Shown here: one piece after another, positions 1 to 12,199 of the stretch
How positions within the stretch are numbered: position 1 is the first letter of the stretch
Layout: each line of letters begins with the position of its first letter
Assembly: GCF_004010195.1 (NCBI RefSeq)
Contig: NC_057719.1
Span: 24,591,465-24,638,589 of the forward strand
DNA: 47,125 nucleotides
Reading direction: 5' to 3'
Origin: Chiloscyllium plagiosum
Lineage: Eukaryota
The notes under the pieces: model-generated
The model's input: the letters and a program-made list of their open reading frames with translations, nothing else
The model's database searches: none
What the model was told of the DNA's origin: nothing
Position numbers and translations under genes: made by a program

Positions 1-320
1 AGGATGTTTCCCCATATGGGAGAGTCTAGGACCAGAGGGCAAAGTCGCAGAATAAAGAGATGACAATTTAAAACTGAGATGAGGAATTTCGTCTCTCGGG
101 GTTGAGAGTCTTTGGAAGTCCTTGCCACAGAGAGTTGTGGGAGAGTTGTATGTTTAAGACTTAGATAAATGCTTGGTCAGTAGGGGAATCAAGCATTGGA
201 GGAGAGGGCAGGAAAATGGACACTAGGTGCACTGGATCAGCCACAATCGTATTGAATAGCAGAATAGGTCTGAGGGGCAGAATGCCCTACTCCAGTTTCA
301 ATTTCTTATGATCTTGTGAT
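1..320 (+). mobile_element. CR1 LINE 3' end
   Basis: GAGTCTAGGACCAGAGGGC..TTTAAAACTGAGATGAGG ORF2 end and TCAGCCAC..TTCTTATGATCTTGTG tail; similar to 44420-44725. Confidence 0.8.
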
Positions 321-380
321 TGCATATGTGTCTATTGAAAAAGGAGCTTTAATGTGGAAACAGGGGTGACCCTTCACTGA

Positions 381-513
381 AGGGCCCTGAAGAAGGGCTC
401 ATGCCCAAAACGTTGATTCTACAGCTCCTTGGATGCTGCCTGACTTGCTGCGCTTTTCCAGCAACACATTTTCAGCTCTGACCTCCAGCATCTGCAGTCT
501 TCACTTTCTCCTA
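381..513 (+). mobile_element. Mini Penelope-like insertion (pLTR end with mutated HHR)
   Basis: CTGAAGAAGGGCTCATGCCCAAAACG..CATCTGCAGTCTTCACTTTCTCC, same family as 17413, 43945 and 44898; 12-bp TSD ACCCTTCACTGA at 369-380 and 514-525. Confidence 0.85.
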
Positions 514-2653
514 ACCCTTCACTGAGGCTTGGGTGCCTGGAAGATTGTTGTAGAGGTAAAAGAGTTGATTTTTTTATCGGTGAGGAGATTGTTACAAATT
601 GTTGTATTATAATAAAGTTGGTGCTTTTTCTTTCATGTAACAACATTTTTATTTGTTTTTATTAGTGTACTTTAGCAATCTTTTATGTATATTGAGCTAC
701 TGACCTCGATAGTAAGCAAAAAGAAAATAAAAACTTAACGCCTATCAAATCAGACTTCACTCTGGGATTTGACTGGTCCATCATTACCATCAGCTGGGAT
801 GATAATAAATTCCCTCAAAAATGAACCTCTGCAGTTTGTTCCCAATCCTCTTCTGGAAAGTATCTGATGGCTTCTACTAATGAAGTTCATTTCAATAGCC
901 TGTCGCTGATGTTACATTTTAGGGGAAGGGGAGGACACTGTATGCACAATTTAGGGCCTTAGCACCTGTTAAAGGAGCACATTTACAAATTCTGTTCGAT
1001 AAAAGTTTTGAACTGTTTGAAGGCTTTCCAGTGTTGTGAAGGCTTTCCAGTTAGAAGATGCTATGGGCATTACAGAAAGACTCGCACTCATTTAGACAGA
1101 CTTAACATGGCCGTGCAATAAGGGCAGGGAATTTATGTAGCTTTATTCTTACAGCTACATTTACAACGACAGTTGATCAGACAAACAGATGATATAAATG
1201 GCTATATATTTACAAATGTGAGTCTGTTTGCAATGAAATGTCACCTATGCCATCTGTGTGCCCTCGGAAGGTATTCTTTTTCATTTCCCTCCCCATATGT
1301 TTTCTGTGAAGGGCTGTTCTTGGCTGGCAGGGATTGACCTGTTGCACAGCTGGGTTTTAAATATAATGCCAGCAGCACGAATCACAGAAGGTCCTGGTGG
1401 TGGCAGGTACATCCACTGCTGGTGAGCACACAATAATGAGCTTGACACCATGGAGATGTGGTGCATACGTATTGAGGCAAACAATGAAGAATTGCATGAA
1501 TTAACTCACTAGAACTCAGAAAATTTTAATAAAACTCCCTGAAATTGACACTATACCAATTTTTAGTAAACTCCAGCGAAGATTCTGAAATGACACTATG
1601 AACACCTATATTCGAATGCTAAATTCATTTGTCTGATAGTCTTCTGTTTATTTGCCTGAGGAATTAATGCACTTAATTTGCCAAAGAACTGTAAGAAAGT
1701 TGTGACAATGTTGAGACTGTTAAAATTTGACGGAGAAAATTTCTTTTCCCTCTTATTTTCACAATGTCCAGCCAAGGTATGGGCTTGATTACTTAGCCCA
1801 AATTCATGATTAAATGAGATGAAGAAAATTTCCCACAGCAAGTTTGATTTTGATCATTTTTACATTTCATAGGGTTATGTATTTTAGGCTTTTTAGTTAA
1901 AGCAAACATTGTTCTGATTTCCAGTGGCCTGAAACCCAATGACCTCCCACAATTGCTTTCCCTGAAATGTTATTTCATTTTCTAAGGCACTTACCATGTA
2001 CTGTAGAATGTTACAATGGAATCAAATTCTCTATTATGCAGTCCAAGATCTATTTGTTTGGGTTACAAAGGGTTTGCAAACATTTTATTTCACAGACCAG
2101 GTGAATGCATGCAGGCTTTATCATTTGCTTTGGTCTGTTTCTTTGTATACCATTCACAACTTTTGCGAGATTGAATAGACTTTTTCCAACAGACATTTCT
2201 TCTGGCAACACTCCCAGATTTCAATTTACAAACATTCAGCGCTATTGCACTTCCAGTTCAAAACCTCTATTAAGGGCTCTCATCCATTCTACCAGATGTT
2301 ATTTATTTCATGCTGTCACATCTGATTTGAAAATGATAACAACGTCCTGAACTCTCTGTTATGGTGTGGTAACTGCGTGAAACATTTTTACCCACCTCAG
2401 TTAAGTGGTGGAGTTGATTGCCAGCCCTTTAAGGAAACCTCCCAATTTTTATTTCCATTATACCAGGGAATCAACTGACAGTTGTGCTTGACAGGCAGTC
2501 ACTCAGTCACTGTCATTGAAAAATAATACATGGAATGGGAGTAAACTTTGGTATATGTACACCAGAAAGCACCTGATATTTGATCCTCACATTGTGCATT
2601 TTTTAAAAAACAAACTTCCAAGCATTTTTAAATAAACCAGGGGTGATATTCAG

Positions 2654-2765
2654 GTCATAGAGTTGTAGAGCTGTACAGCATGGAAACAGACCCTTCAGTC
2701 CAACTCATCCATACTGACCAAATATCCATTTACCAACATTTGGCCCATATCCTTCTAAACCCCTT
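2654..2765 (-). mobile_element. CR1 3' tail fragment
   Basis: Reverse complement of the tail at 6840-6968 (TACAGCATGGAAACAGACCCTTCAGTCCAAC). Confidence 0.85.
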
Positions 2766-2884
2766 GAATTCTTATACCAAGGTAATTTTGATGAAATCAC
2801 ATTTTGCTTAATGTGAGTTTCTGTAAGATTTTAATTTTGTTTTAGATGTCTCTCAAATAACCTCAAATATAGGCATGTTATTGT

Positions 2885-3730
2885 TGGAGAAATATTATGA
2901 ATAGCAATTGGTTTGCATTAGTCTGTTTTAGTCTATAACATTTGATATAGCAATTTTGAATGAGGATTATATGTTAAATGTGTAGGAATGGGATGTGAAA
3001 CACTATGCTTGTGAAACAGTATCACACAATGATTGATGGTATTTTTCTTCTCTCAGTGTCACAAAAATTGCCCTCAACAAGTTTAGAAGAAAACACTACA
3101 ATACAGATTACGGCTAATGATCGCACTAATGAATCAGTAATGAGAATGATGCACAATAATTTATGTTATGTCAGGAAAAAAGATCAGAGGCTAAAAGGCT
3201 TCTTCTCATTTGTCTCTTTCTTATAATTTAGGAAAATTTCCAATTTACTTTTCCAGCGATTTCACTTTTGTGATAAATTTTGTAAGATCGACTTATTAGC
3301 ACTTGCTTTCCTAACTCTGTCATACAGCAGTAGCAATTTCCTTTTCTCAATTTGATGACTTGACATATTTTTAGGAAAGATTGTAGATTGCAAAAATCTC
3401 TGTGCAATTTCTCATATGGAAAATGCATGTGTGTGCTATTACCAAAGGAGTTAAGTATATAGTATACAGTCAATTATTGTACCTTTCCAAGAGATTACTT
3501 TCACCTTTAGAAGCATCAGGTCACAAAATGCTGCTACTTTAACCTGCAATTAGTAACATTCTATATTTTAAGCAGAAGTCTGATGGAGCAATATTCTAGA
3601 TAATAATTGGTTTGCATCAGTCTGTTTCAGTCTATAACATTTTAAATTCTATTATTTGATGTGTCATTTTTGAATGTGGATTGTACATAAAAAGTGTAGG
3701 AATGAGATGTGGAATAATAAACTTATAAAA
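2885..3730 (+). repeat. Diverged direct repeat pair (about 2885-3017 and 3584-3730)
   Basis: Shared AATTGGTTTGCATyAGTCTGTTTyAGTCTATAACATTT..TTTTGAATG.GGATT..GTGTAGGAATGrGATGTG. Confidence 0.85.
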
Positions 3731-4717
3731 ATTAAGTTTAACATTTAACCTCCTGAAATGTTTTATTCAGAATAACACATCATTAACTGTTATTGTAGAA
3801 TCTTTGGTACATTAAAGAAATAGTTTTTTTGGTTGTACCAATTGACAATCAAATAAAGAATTACAATTTAAAGACAAACTTAGATTTTTGCACAAATATG
3901 TACAATTTTCAAACAGCGCAACAAAGCTAAGCTCAGCAGTATTTCTGATCAGCAAATTTAAAGTTGTGCAATTACGTCCAAGACATATCTACAAAACTGA
4001 GAGGCCCCGATGCCCAAAATTAATGCTGCTTTGTGGGCTGAATTTTCAGGATTCCTCAGGGTCTGAATTGGATGTCAGGGGAGGGCGCTGCCTGAAAGAA
4101 TTTGCATTGTGTGGCATGTGAATATTAAGTTGACAGCCCAGTGCTGACATTTATGAGCAGAGGGTTGAGGTGAGGTGCAGGACAGGACTCACACTCTCCT
4201 TCCAATTTAAACAAATTAAAATTATTAAAAACCTTTTTTGTGGAAAGGCGAGAGTAGACTATATAAAGGAGCAGGTGGGTTTTTGAAGTTGTCATTGCTT
4301 AGCGGCTATGAGGAGGCAAGTAAACATTGGGGATTCAATCAAGCTTCCACATGTATCATCTCGATCCCATAAAAGGATCAGCAGAGCAAAGGGCACTTGG
4401 TAAAGGGTGCCATTTGCATTACACAGATGACAGCCTGAGTGGGCACTTAGTATGCGGTTGTGAGTGCAGATGGGATGCTGCTGGCATTGTGGGGTCAGAA
4501 AAGCAAGGGCCAAGTATGAAAGCTGGAGCTGGTACTGGAGGCAGGAATTGTGGAAAACTGGCAGCAATAACAGTCTACACATCTAACAATTCCACATCTT
4601 CAAAGCTGGGAGAGACACTCTTATTATTGTCTCCCAGTATTTGTGTGAAACAATCTTTGTTGCATGACTTTAAATTTTTAATATACAAAGAAAACTTTTT
4701 TTTTCTTTTGCATGTAG

Positions 4718-4847
4718 CTGTAAAACCCACAGATTATCCTACATTAAAACCCTGGTGGACGGACATGGTCATTTTAATCGCAGTGAGTTGTGCCATTCTT
4801 GCTTTCCTGGTGATAGCTGTCATTATCTGCTACAAAGCAATAAAAAG
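4718..4847 (+). CDS. PRIMA1: PRiMA (proline-rich membrane anchor 1), internal 130-nt exon encoding the juxtamembrane and transmembrane segment
   Basis: Translates (A)VKPTDYPTLKPWWTDMVILIAVSCAILAFLVIAVIICYKAIK(R), colinear with human PRiMA APNSTSCPTEESWWSGLVIIIAVCCASLVFLTVLVIICYKAIKR (recalled). Polypyrimidine tract plus TAG acceptor ending at 4717; AG|GTAAGC donor at 4848; phase 1 in, phase 2 out. Confidence 0.96.
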
Positions 4848-5779
4848 GTAAGCTTAATGTTTTCATGTTCTGTGGATAATTTGTCTTTTATGAATGTTTT
4901 ATTGGTATAATTTGGGTATTTCCTTTTGTCACTATCCCCTTTGTTGTTTCAACAGTCGGTTTCCAAAGAACCAAATCAAAATATAACCTTAATGAATTAT
5001 AATAAAACTTATTCAATATATCTCCAGTGTGGATTTTACTATTGTAATAGTTGTGACACAATATGCTTATTATTAAGTGTTAAGGAGAACTTATAAAATA
5101 AGGTTTTGTAGGTAAGTTTTTTAAAATACTCTGTATTCTTACTTCAGTAAACTCAAGGTGGAATGTTCCCCTCCCTGGTGCAGGAAAGGTGGGAAAATAC
5201 AACGTGAATGAAGAAATCTCGATACTTGACATTGAGAAAACTTTTCCCAATTTTTCACAAAAATTCAGAATTCACCACTGAGTGACAACTACCTTGGTTC
5301 TGTGTGTTTGCATCTCATTAAAATCTTGCCCCATCCATCAGCTGCTTGCAATTCTCTTCTCCTCCACTGAGAAATTAGACAGCACCAATTTTTAATAGAC
5401 AAGCCAGAGCTAGCACTCATGGCTGCAGCTCACTTGTCCAAGCCACCATGCAGCTGCTTCTTCAGAACAACATCCCTCCATGCTCCATGGCCACCATCCT
5501 CCTGAATCGTTCATTAACCCAAGTCAACATTGGCAAACCACATCACCATGCCTGCTGCCAGACCAACCTGCACATCACTTAGGCACTTCAGCACTTTGGA
5601 GGTCAGAGACTCATGTAACTTGCATGTTTTTACCAGGTTCCATTTAGGGCATACACACACATCTTATGCACCTGCACAAGATGTGTCTTTGGCTCTTCTG
5701 TTGTCATCTTAGAGCTCATTTTACTGTTTACCTGGAGGCTGCTATCCTCTGCATGCTTCACAACTCTCCTTCTGAGTAT

Positions 5780-6222
5780 TGCAGAGTACATATCAAATGT
5801 TAAGAGGTTGGAAAATGTACAAAGAGACCTAGGTGTCTTGGTCAATAAGTCCTCAAAGACTAGTACATAGTTGCAGCAAGATATTAGGAAGGTTACTAGA
5901 ATGTCAGGCTTTATTGCAAGAAGTTTTGAGTACAGGAGGAGTGAAGTCTTGCATCAAATGTATAAGATCTTGTGGAGACTGCAACTGGGGTACTGTGTAC
6001 AGTTGTTGTTTCCTTACCTCAGGAAAGATACTATTACCATAGTGTGATAAAGGTTCACTAGACTTATTCCCAGATGATGGGACAGTACTATGAAGAGGAA
6101 TTAGGAAAACTGGGTCATTGTTCTCTAGTGTTTTGAAGAGAAAGAGTTGATGCCATTTAAATCTACGAAATGCTTAAAGGGATAAGCAGGATAGATGCAA
6201 ATAAGGTGTTTCCCTTAGTTGG
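5780..6222 (+). mobile_element. Degenerate CR1 ORF2 3' fragment
   Basis: GTACAAAGAGACCTAGGTGTC..AGGTTCACTAGACTTATTCC, homologous to better-preserved CR1 copies in the window. Confidence 0.75.
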
Positions 6223-6223
6223 G

Positions 6224-6334
6224 TGCAGCGGCTCATGAAGGCAGTTCACCTCCACCTTCCCAAGAGCAACTAGAAATGGGTAATTAGTGCTGGCTCAGCC
6301 AATGCTTTCCACATCTCGTGACTGAATAAAAAAA
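6224..6334 (+). mobile_element. 3' tail of an older CR1/L2-group LINE (or its partner SINE)
   Basis: GAAGGCAGTTCACCTCCACCTTCCCAAG..GAATAAAAAAA; same tail at about 16830-16930 (+), 20511-20610 (-) and 36847-36950 (-). Confidence 0.6.
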
Positions 6335-6476
6335 GTGTAAAATTCAATCATTTTGTGCTCACTGCTACTTAGGGGTGTCTTTACTCTGAGGCCATTAGTT
6401 AATCCTGTCAAATTGTAAAATACCAAATCTAATATAGCTTGTTCTCAGCACGTCAGCATGCCTCACCCAGGCTACA

Positions 6477-6968
6477 ACTTGAAAGGGTTCAGAAAAGATT
6501 TACAAGGATGTTGCCAGAGTTGGAAGATTTGTGCTATAGGGAGAGGTTGAATAGCCTGGGGCTGTTTTCCCTGGAGCGTCGGAGGCTGAGGGGTGACTTA
6601 TAGGGGTTTACAAAATTATGAGGATAGGATAAAAAGACAAGGTCTTTTCCCTGGGGTCAGGGAGTCCAGAACTAGAGGGCATAGGTTTAGGGTGAGAGGG
6701 GAAAGATATAAAAGAGATCTAAGGGGCAAGTTTTTCACGCAGAGGGTGGTACGTATATGGAATGAACTGGTGGTGGAGGAAGTGGTGGAGCCTGGTACAA
6801 TTGCAGCATTTAAAAGACATCCAAATGGTATATGAATAGGAAGGGTTTGGAGGGATATAGGCTGAATGCTGGCAGGTGGGACTAGATTGGGTTGGGATAT
6901 TTGGTCAACATGGACGAGTTGGACTGAAGGGTCAGTTTCCGTGCTGTACATCTCTAAGACTTTATAAC
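6477..6968 (+). mobile_element. 5'-truncated CR1 (HER1-like)
   Basis: [46 protein letters not shown]2 C-terminus plus tail. Confidence 0.95.
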
Positions 6969-7213
6969 TGCCAATCTGTTTTATATGTAGATTAATGTCA
7001 CCTATGATTATTGACCTTTTATCTCAGGCACCCAATATTTTTTCTTTTGAGCTGTGTCTAATATTATGGATACTGTTAGAGACTCTGAAGACTATCCCTA
7101 TTAGTGACTTCTTTCCCTTAATATTCTTCAGCTCCACTAAAACAGAACCTACATTCTGTAGGGTGGACAAAGGCATGGTGAGGCACGGGGGATATCTGAG
7201 AGAGTGTGAGAGC

Positions 7214-7471
7214 TAAGGTGAGGGTGATAGGGGAAAGATTTAAAAGGGATCTAAGGGGCAACCTATTCACACAGAATGAGCTGCCAGAGGAAGTTGTGGA
7301 GGCTGGTATAATTACAACATTTAAAAGGCATCTGGATGGGTATATGAATAGGAAGGGTTTGTAGGGATATGGGCCAAGTACTAGCAAATGGGACTCTATT
7401 AGGTTAGGATATCTGGTTGGCATGGACGTGTTGGACAGAAGAGTCTGTTTATGTGCTGTACATCTCTATGA
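7214..7471 (+). mobile_element. CR1 3' fragment
   Basis: Homologous to 6690-6960. Confidence 0.9.
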
Positions 7472-8248
7472 TTGGAGGACTGATTCCTTGGTTTCTTGTT
7501 TTTAATCACAGCTGCAACAAAGTCCCACAGTACTGAGATGGACCCTTAAAACTGTTTGCTTTTGCACCTCACAGCTCCTGTGGGTGCCTCCAAATTCTAT
7601 TTAGCTAGAGTGAGCCCCATTCCCATTAATACCTGCTCCCACCGGAATGAAAATCCAGTTGCCCAGGGCACTCTCTCCCAAGTCAGACAGAATTCTCCTG
7701 ACTGTGATTTCGACTTGGGGGAGTGAGGGCCCGATTCCAGAATTTGTAACAGCAGCTCTGATGGATCGGTAGTAATTCACTCTACTGCATTCTATTACAG
7801 AATGGAGAATTGTTGACTGATTGATAGTTTTGAATTTCTAGTGGAATGGCACAAAGGGTTATTGATTAGTAGTTAAGTTCCACTAATTCTGAACTTAGCC
7901 TGTTATTTTGACATCAAATGAGAGACTGAGAAAATCAGTTTGTGTGTTTGACACTTTCCAAGTGGCAGCAATGTCACTTCTGTCATTTATTTTATTCAGC
8001 AGTAAAGTGTAACAGTTATGCTCACCACAGCAATTATCTGCCAAAGAAATATATAACGTTTGGTTTGCACTATGTCGTTTTTGCTCTTCCCATTTAATTA
8101 AAATCATTTAGTTCTGTTAATGGTGCAATAATTGACATCAGTAACCTTGAGAGGAGGTTGATTGACTGTTTCAATGGAAATAAAAGGTTTCTAATGGCCA
8201 ACCTGAAATGCTTGTATTATTCCCAAATGTCTAACACTAAATGTTATA

Positions 8249-8760
8249 AAAGCAAAGTATTGCAGAGGTTAGAGATTGGAAATAAAAGTAGAAAGTGCTG
8301 GAGAAACTCAGGCCTAGCAGCAGCTATAGAGGAAGAAACAAAGTTATTGCTTTGGAACCAACATGACACTTGTTCAGAACTGAGGGTGGCTGGAAAATTA
8401 TAATTTCTATGCTTTTTATAAAGGGGAAGGAGGAGCAAGTGGAAGGGATGGTGAGGGTGCACAAAGTGAATAGGAAAAGCCACAAAGAGTGCTTATGATA
8501 GCAGAGGGAGGGTAGATGCAGAGTAGGTGTTAATGGGAGATTTGAATAGTAGAAAGTAGGTTAGCTCTGTTAAGACCAAACCATTGTGAACAAGGTGGGG
8601 TGAGTGTAAGTAAAATGAAGGGAATCGCTCATGATATGAAGTTTTTGAACTCAGTTTTAGGTTCCTGAAGTCTGTGGAGTGTCTAAGTGGAAAATGAGAT
8701 GCTGTTCCTCTAGCTTGCATTGCTGAAACACTGCGGCAGGCCCAACACAGAAATTCTAAC
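8249..8760 (-). mobile_element. Old Penelope-like fragment (endonuclease C-terminus plus pLTR)
   Basis: Minus strand about 8720-8675 reads CKLEEQHLIFHLDTP, a typical PLE GIY-YIG C-terminus; pLTR-like end at 8249-8385. Confidence 0.7.
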
Positions 8761-8769
8761 ACGACAACA

Positions 8770-8903
8770 AGATGAAAACCGAAAGAACTGTGGATGCTGT
8801 AAATCAGAAAGAAAAAACATAAATTGCTGGAAAAGCCCAGCAGGTCTGGCAGCACCTGTGGAGAGAAATCAGTTTCGGGTCAAGTGACCCTTCCTCCGAA
8901 CTT
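8770..8903 (-). mobile_element. Mini PLE pLTR, second family (mutated HHR)
   Basis: Homologous to 39123-39260; minus strand CGGAGGAAGGGTCACTTGACCCGAAAC. Confidence 0.75.
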
Positions 8904-8999
8904 CAGTAGTCTATCAGTCCCCCAACAGTCACTGTTCTGTAGAAACTCCCACTAATCATGAGATAGTGAGAGCAAACAAGGATCTGCATTAATCTTAAT

Positions 9000-9480
9000 G
9001 TGATGTTATGCACTTTGGTAGAAAGAGTCGAAGAGCTGAATACTATTTAAATAGAGCACAACTGCAGAAAGCTGGAGCACAGAAGGATTGGAGGTCCCTG
9101 TGCATGCATCACAAAAACTAGCATCAAAGTTCAGCAGGTAAAGGGAAAGCAAATGGACTGTTGGCTTTATTTCAAAGAGATTGGTGAATGAAAATAGGAA
9201 AGACCTGCTATAACTGTACAAAGCATGAGTCAGACCACAGCTGAAGAACTGTAAACAGTTTTTGTCCTTAACTAAGGAAAAACCGTATTTCAACTTGAGG
9301 CAATCCAGAGAAGGTTCACTGTTATCTTGGGCATGGAGATATTTTCTTCTAAGAAGTTGAGTAGACTAGGCTCATACTCATTGGAGTTTTGAAGAAGAGA
9401 GGAGACCTTATTGAAACATAGAAGGTTCTTAAGGGTCTTGACAGGGTAGATGCAGGCAGATTGGCTTCACTTGTGGGAAA
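9000..9480 (+). mobile_element. Degenerate CR1 ORF2 fragment
   Basis: CAATCCAGAGAAGGTTCACT..GGAGACCTTATTGAAACATA. Confidence 0.75.
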
Positions 9481-9699
9481 GCAACTTCAGTACATAGAGA
9501 AATAGCCAGACAGCCAATTAAAAGGTATTGTGACCAATCTCACACAAAAATAACCCCTGTTGGTTAAAATATACTAACATCAAAATAAGTTATTTGCATT
9601 GAACCTGAAATTGTGGTCTAAGGTGCCCCAGACTGGTTGGGTTCAGAGTTTCGCAAATTGAAAATCCCATTCTGACCCTCCTCAAATTGATTAAGATTA

Positions 9700-9895
9700 A
9701 AGAGTAAAAACAGAAAATGATGGAAATGCACAGAGTTAACCTTTCAGGCCATGATCTTTCATTAGAACAGTGTCAGTTCACAACTTGAAACATCAACCTG
9801 GCTTCCCTCCCTACAGATTTCACAAGACCCTACTGTGTATTTCCTGGATTTTAGGTTGTTACAGGTTTGTGTCATCTGCAAGTATTATGATTTTA
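9700..9895. mobile_element. Highly decayed inverted pLTR pair
   Basis: TAAAAACAGAAAATGATGGAAAT on the left and CATCTGCAAGTATT on the right resemble the pLTR end in opposite orientations. Confidence 0.4.
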
Positions 9896-11675
9896 GATAT
9901 TTCAAGGCGTGCTCATAATTTTGCTGGAAATGCTTAGAATATCACAAACATTGGCAGAGAAAAGTTTGCTGTACACTTATTAAAGCTGTGGCTCCAATTT
10001 GGTATCACAAAGGTGCAATTAACAGGATTAATACATAGTGGCAAGGTTTCATTATGCAGCGCTTAGTAAAATAACCTATAAATACACGAAAAGTCACTTT
10101 GTGTACTTCAGAGGGTAAACTGTAAGAAACAACAGTTGTCCCTTTTATGAAGATAATTATGCCATAAAGGTAGTTTAGAGCTGCTGCGAATCTCCACCAG
10201 CTGGGATGTAGTAGTAATTGAACCCATTAGTTTAATAGCACAACAGAAACAATTAAACTTTGAGAATTAATCAGCTGAGGTGCGATCCATGCTTGTTTCT
10301 AGAGTGTGACAATAACCATGTTAGGTTGCATATTTGACAAAACATGCATTTTCTACCATTCATTGGGTGAATGATATTTTCTAGTATTTATTGGCATCGC
10401 TGCTAAGTATTTCCTTTCCATCCTTATAACCAGCCAGTCATTTTGTGCTAAGCATTACCAATACAAACATAATAGTTCCAGAGTTTATTAATTGAATTTT
10501 AAACCTGTGGCTCTGTTGGGATTGTAATTTAGGACTATGGCTCACTTGCTGAGTAACATGACTGCTATGCTATCCCAAACCAAAATACTTGAAGCACATA
10601 CAAACACATTGTAAACAACTGGAGCTACAAGATGAGTTGGACCAGCACATGTCATTCTTAGTTTCTACTAGTATTCCCTGCTAGGTGTGGTTGACTTTTA
10701 TGTGCACTCAAAAATGGCTAAGCAAGTCACTCAGTTCAAGGGCAATAAATTATGCCCTTTAAATGACACTTCCATCCACAGAAGTACTTTTGTTGGCACA
10801 TGACCTGTCCTAACAGAACCATCAGTACAGTATCCTGTTTATTCCAGTTGGGCAGCCATGGACAGCATTGTTTGGGTTTGAGCTTAAGGGTGCTTCCTGA
10901 AAGTTGAAATGCTGTAGCAGCCCTCCACAATGACAAACATCTCAGTATTCACTACAACTGAAACTGGAAAGGCTGGGCCTTTCTTACACCAGTGCAGTGT
11001 TGGTGCAGCCAATTCCTAATGTGCAAATTCGATGCAGAATAAGATTGCAAAGGCCCACTCCTTACTATATCTTTGACTTTCTTTCCTGCTGCAGAGTCAT
11101 TGGAAGTACTGTGTGGTAAGAAGATAACCAAAGCTTTTATTTGCTTGACCTTTGGAATGAGTGGTGTGGATTTGAAAAGGTTCTGAATGAAAACTTGCTC
11201 CCACTCATGGGGCTACACTTACAGTTCCTGATCAGCAATGGTATGACAAGGATAGTGATTAGAGGTTGCAAACAAAAGAAGAGATTGCAGAGGGGCAGAG
11301 GGAGAATGCTCAGCAGGATATCTTGTTACTTAGGATCTTCAAAGTGTGCTTCTCTGACCTACATGTCAGTCAGGAGCCATGTCTGTAAAGGTTTCATTTG
11401 AACAAGGAGGTAGGTAGTCACAGAACTGTGCCAAAAATTCAGTTTAAATTAAATGAATAAATTCAACTACATTAACATGCAGCTACGAGGATGCAACTGA
11501 TCTTTAGTACTAAAGTTTCTATGATTTTAGGATCCTGCCATTGAATGTTTAACTTCTGCTCACTTGTTTGTTTTAAATTTATTCCAGGATTTGGCAATTA
11601 TTTATAACCCAACATTAATAATCCTTAAAAATCACACAACACCAGGTTATAGTCCAACAGGTTTAACTGAAAGCA

Positions 11676-11710
11676 CACTAGCTTTCAGAGCGACGCTCCT
11701 TCATCAGGTG
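11676..11710 (-). ncRNA. Minimal HHR motif (inverted arm)
   Basis: Reverse complement CACCTGATGAAGGAGCGTCGCTCTGAAAGCTAGTG; G.U pair at the base of helix II. Confidence 0.75.
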
Positions 11711-12164
11711 ATTGTGGAGGGCTCGATCGTAACACAGAATTTATAGCAAAAATTTGCAGTGTGATGTAACAGAAATTATACATTGAAGAATTGATTGTCT
11801 GTTGAGCCTTTCTACATATATTCATGTAGAACTCTGAGCTCAAAAACTGCATGAATTTATGTAAAACTCTGTTATCTCACTTTTTAGATTAGAATCAATC
11901 TAAACATCAGGTCATAGACAGAGAACACAGGGGGCTAACACCTTCAACATATTGTCTAGCTATCACCATTGTTAACAGCTAACCCGAGAATGCAACTTTT
12001 AAAAAAAGGGTTTTGAGGTTTACACATGAAAGAAGTGAAATTATCACTGTATTCTAACAGATGAAAGGCTTAACAGACATTCAATTCTTCAATGTATAAT
12101 TTCAGTTACATCACACTGCAAATTTTTGCTATAAATTCTGTGTTACGATCGAGCCCTCCATAAT

Positions 12165-12199
12165 CACCTGATGAAGGAGCGTCGCTCCGAAAGCTAGTG
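12165..12199 (+). ncRNA. Minimal type I hammerhead ribozyme motif, intact core
   Basis: CAC-CTGATGA-A-GGAGC(GTC)GCTCC-GAAA-GC-TA-GTG: both core boxes, 5-bp helix II, palindromic AGCT helix III and CAC/GTG helix I. Confidence 0.85.

Noticed and set aside
530..810. Possible LTR remnant
   Set aside because: Only a vague resemblance; no second copy, TSD or internal domain in the window.
1018..1051. 15-bp direct repeat TGAAGGCTTTCCAGT
   Set aside because: Ordinary slippage duplication with only two copies.
1281..1484. LPPPGP as the PRiMA proline-rich exon
   Set aside because: Wrong strand and too few prolines; no PRAD exon found in 1-4717.
4327..4717. N-terminal 130 aa of ORF 4327-4851 as part of the protein
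   Set aside because: Open frame upstream of a clear splice acceptor, with no signal peptide or proline-rich PRAD; intronic.
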